Positions 62,340 to 64,000 of a stretch of 64,000 nucleotides of DNA are shown piece by piece (position 1 is the first letter of the stretch; the number at the start of each line of letters is the position of its first letter). Made by a program: the position numbers and the translations under genes. The stretch is from Candidatus Poribacteria bacterium (GTDB taxonomy: Bacteria; Poribacteria; WGA-4E; WGA-3G). The DNA lies in assembly GCA_965205025.1 (NCBI GenBank), contig CBDBFU010000002.1, positions 1-64,000 of the forward strand, written 5' to 3'. The notes under the pieces were generated by a model. That model saw only the letters and a program-made list of their open reading frames with translations, ran no database searches and was not told the DNA's origin.

Positions 62340-63056
62340 TCAAGGATGTGGCGGTGTATCCGGTCTATCTACATATGCTTGCACCATAGATGCCAGTTTC
62401 GGGTTACGTTTAATGAGCATTGAAATGATCTGGAGCAGGTTGGATTTCGGTTTCAACGCAAGCGTGGGGAGTAAGTCTCCGATGTGGAGGAATGTCTCTG
62501 GTGCTTCAATATAGGTTAAAAGGAGTGCGACAATATGTTTACAGTCTCCCTCCCAATCATAAGGACAGGAACAGCGAGTGTTGGCAATCCCGGATGGCTC
62601 CAGTTCCGCAGATGTATGATATGGTCTTATATTTGATCCTTCACACCTTGCCGACAACGTCCAGTCTTGAAGTACTGGGTTGCTGATAGCACCGGCGAAG
62701 AAGTATGCTACACCGCGTTCATAACTCTGTTCCGTGCATCTGCTACGAACCTGATGGGGGGTAAGGTCGGGAAGTTGCTTATCCGACGACAATTGTTTTG
62801 GGTCTGATGTCCCTTCTCCGTCAGCAGACTCTTCAATCCGGTCAATACAATCACTGCAGAGGGTGTAGTAGCGAACAGAATCTTGAGAAGGATCGATGAC
62901 ACCATTAACAACGTGTCTGAGTTCTTCAAACTGTGTCTTGTTCAGATGTGCTTCAAATACACTAAACTGAACGCGGGTGCCATACCCTTTTAATACTTTG
63001 GCAAGTTTGTTGCGTCTTTGGTCATCTGGTATGTCGTAAGAAATAATATAAAACAT
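62340..63056 (-). CDS. cas2: Cas2 endoribonuclease read in frame with a SWIM zinc-finger domain
   Basis: MFYIISYDIPDDQRR.K..K.L..YG.RVQFSVFE...DSVRYY.LC..C, then SYERG..YF...CSCPYDWEGDCKHIVALL. Confidence 0.85.
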   Translation of the reverse strand: MFYIISYDIPDDQRRNKLAKVLKGYGTRVQFSVFEAHLNKTQFEELRHVVNGVIDPSQDSVRYYTLCSDCIDRIEESADGEGTSDPKQLSSDKQLPDLTPHQVRSRCTEQSYERGVAYFFAGAISNPVLQDWTLSARCEGSNIRPYHTSAELEPSGIANTRCSCPYDWEGDCKHIVALLLTYIEAPETFLHIGDLLPTLALKPKSNLLQIISMLIKRNPKLASMVQAYVDRPDTPPHP

Positions 63057-63126
63057 TTGCTGAAGTCTTCGGTAATTAGTCCAAAACCTCCGTGTTGTCT
63101 TGTGGATGTACCCCGATCCGCGTGAT

Positions 63127-63429
63127 CTATAGATACTTGACTCTCCCTGTCCGGACATCTTCAAGTGCTTCTTTACGAAATTTATCAAGCTTCCCAGCTT
63201 TCACATCCGCCTCAAACTGCTTCTCCCAGGCTTCTTCTTCAGCAACGAGTGTCTCATGTAGTTTTTTTTCGAGGATTTTTAGCAGCACGGATTCTGTGGA
63301 AGCCTCACATTTGACTTTTGGAACCTCTGGAATCCACCCGATCCAGTTGGTTCCGTTGCATTGGATGTTGGCGGTATAAGTCTCCCCAAAGACTTTGTCT
63401 TGAATTTCGACCTTCTTTATTTGCTCCAT
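63127..63429 (-). CDS. HicB-like antitoxin with a ParE-partner-type C-terminus
   Basis: YTA.I......WIGWIPEVP.V HicB fold; WEKQFEADVKAGKLD....EAL.D...G. Confidence 0.7.
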   Translation of the reverse strand: MEQIKKVEIQDKVFGETYTANIQCNGTNWIGWIPEVPKVKCEASTESVLLKILEKKLHETLVAEEEAWEKQFEADVKAGKLDKFRKEALEDVRTGRVKYL

Positions 63430-63730
63430 GATTTGTTCTATGGTTCTCTCCTTATTGACAGAACTTTTAGCGAGAAAATTAAGAGTTCAAAGTAAATATG
63501 CCCCTGAAGTAGAAAAAATGGGACATACAATACTTTTTCCTATTTTACCACAACCTCATATTTTATTCAATCTGACCTTCATAGTTAAATAAGGTTATTT
63601 ATTTTAATGAATTATCAGTTTCTGAGTGTTACTGATAATTTATTTCGTAGTTTGGGTTGAACCACAGGTGAAACCCAACATTTCGTGTATGCTTAGTGTT
63701 AAATCTTGAGGTTCGTTCCTCAATCCAACC

Positions 63731-63952
63731 ATAGGCGTCAATTTAGGGATACACCTTTCGCCCCGCAAATCAACGGTATGAATGCCTTATGGCATTCACC
63801 GGGGCTTGGGATATTGGTGATAACGACTTCTATAGACATTCCGTCCCTATGGGACTCAATTATTGTGCTTACACATTTTCTATAAACATTCCGTCCCTAT
63901 GGGACTCAATTTACCAAAACCAAGAGTTTCATTTCCTAAAATTGTCGCTAAT
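63731..63952. mobile_element. second copy of the REP-targeting MITE, 21-bp target duplication
   Basis: GGTTCGTTCCTCAATCCAACC | ATAGGCGTCAATTT ... AAATTGTCGCTAAT | GGTTCGTTCCACAATCCAACC-TAC. Confidence 0.8.
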
Positions 63953-64000
63953 GGTTCGTTCCACAATCCAACCTACAGGTAGTTGATATAGAAATGTGAA

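Noticed and set aside
63057-63188. 44-aa N-terminal extension of the Cas2 ORF given in the ORF track
   Set aside because: It overlaps the antitoxin gene. Cas2 homology starts at ATG 63056, and only the last ~16 codons look like a toxin remnant.
63830-63910. Two ~28-bp repeats with a short spacer near cas2, as a possible CRISPR array
   Set aside because: Only doublets occur. The same unit is dispersed at 57.2-57.5 and 58.6 kb in both orientations inside MITEs, and the 57.46 and 58.59 kb spacers are nearly identical. This is REP-like, not CRISPR.

Overview
AT-rich bacterial chromosome segment, most likely Candidatus Poribacteria. This is an inference from a secreted protein ending in the LxVxPxGxLTTTWGxLK motif, a UBact proteasome operon, a giant TPR protein and dense intergenic repeats. 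Housekeeping content: two CBS genes, korAB, a complete ARC-dop-UBact-prcB-prcA-pafA operon, mutS, futalosine genes mqnE/mqnA with fur, a histidine kinase paired with a PorX-like receiver-PglZ regulator, rng-rplU-rpmA, guaA, an ECF sigma/anti-sigma pair with a 1564-aa TPR gene, dprA, livGF, lgt, proA, moaDE and argE. Accessory patches (12-20.5, 25.8-27.8, 31-32 and 57-64 kb) hold IS630, an ISAs1 relic, decayed toxin-antitoxin modules, an ART-like/DUF6575-like pair, and an orphan Cas2 read in frame with a SWIM zinc finger behind an antitoxin. Intergenic DNA carries nested REP palindromes and at least five types of non-autonomous elements, one of which inserts next to the GTAG motif of REPs with 21-22 bp target duplications. 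Six +1 frameshifts in the first 9 kb, mostly in homopolymers, look like assembly errors. No rRNA, tRNA or true CRISPR array was seen. All assignments come from reading motifs by eye; no searches were run.
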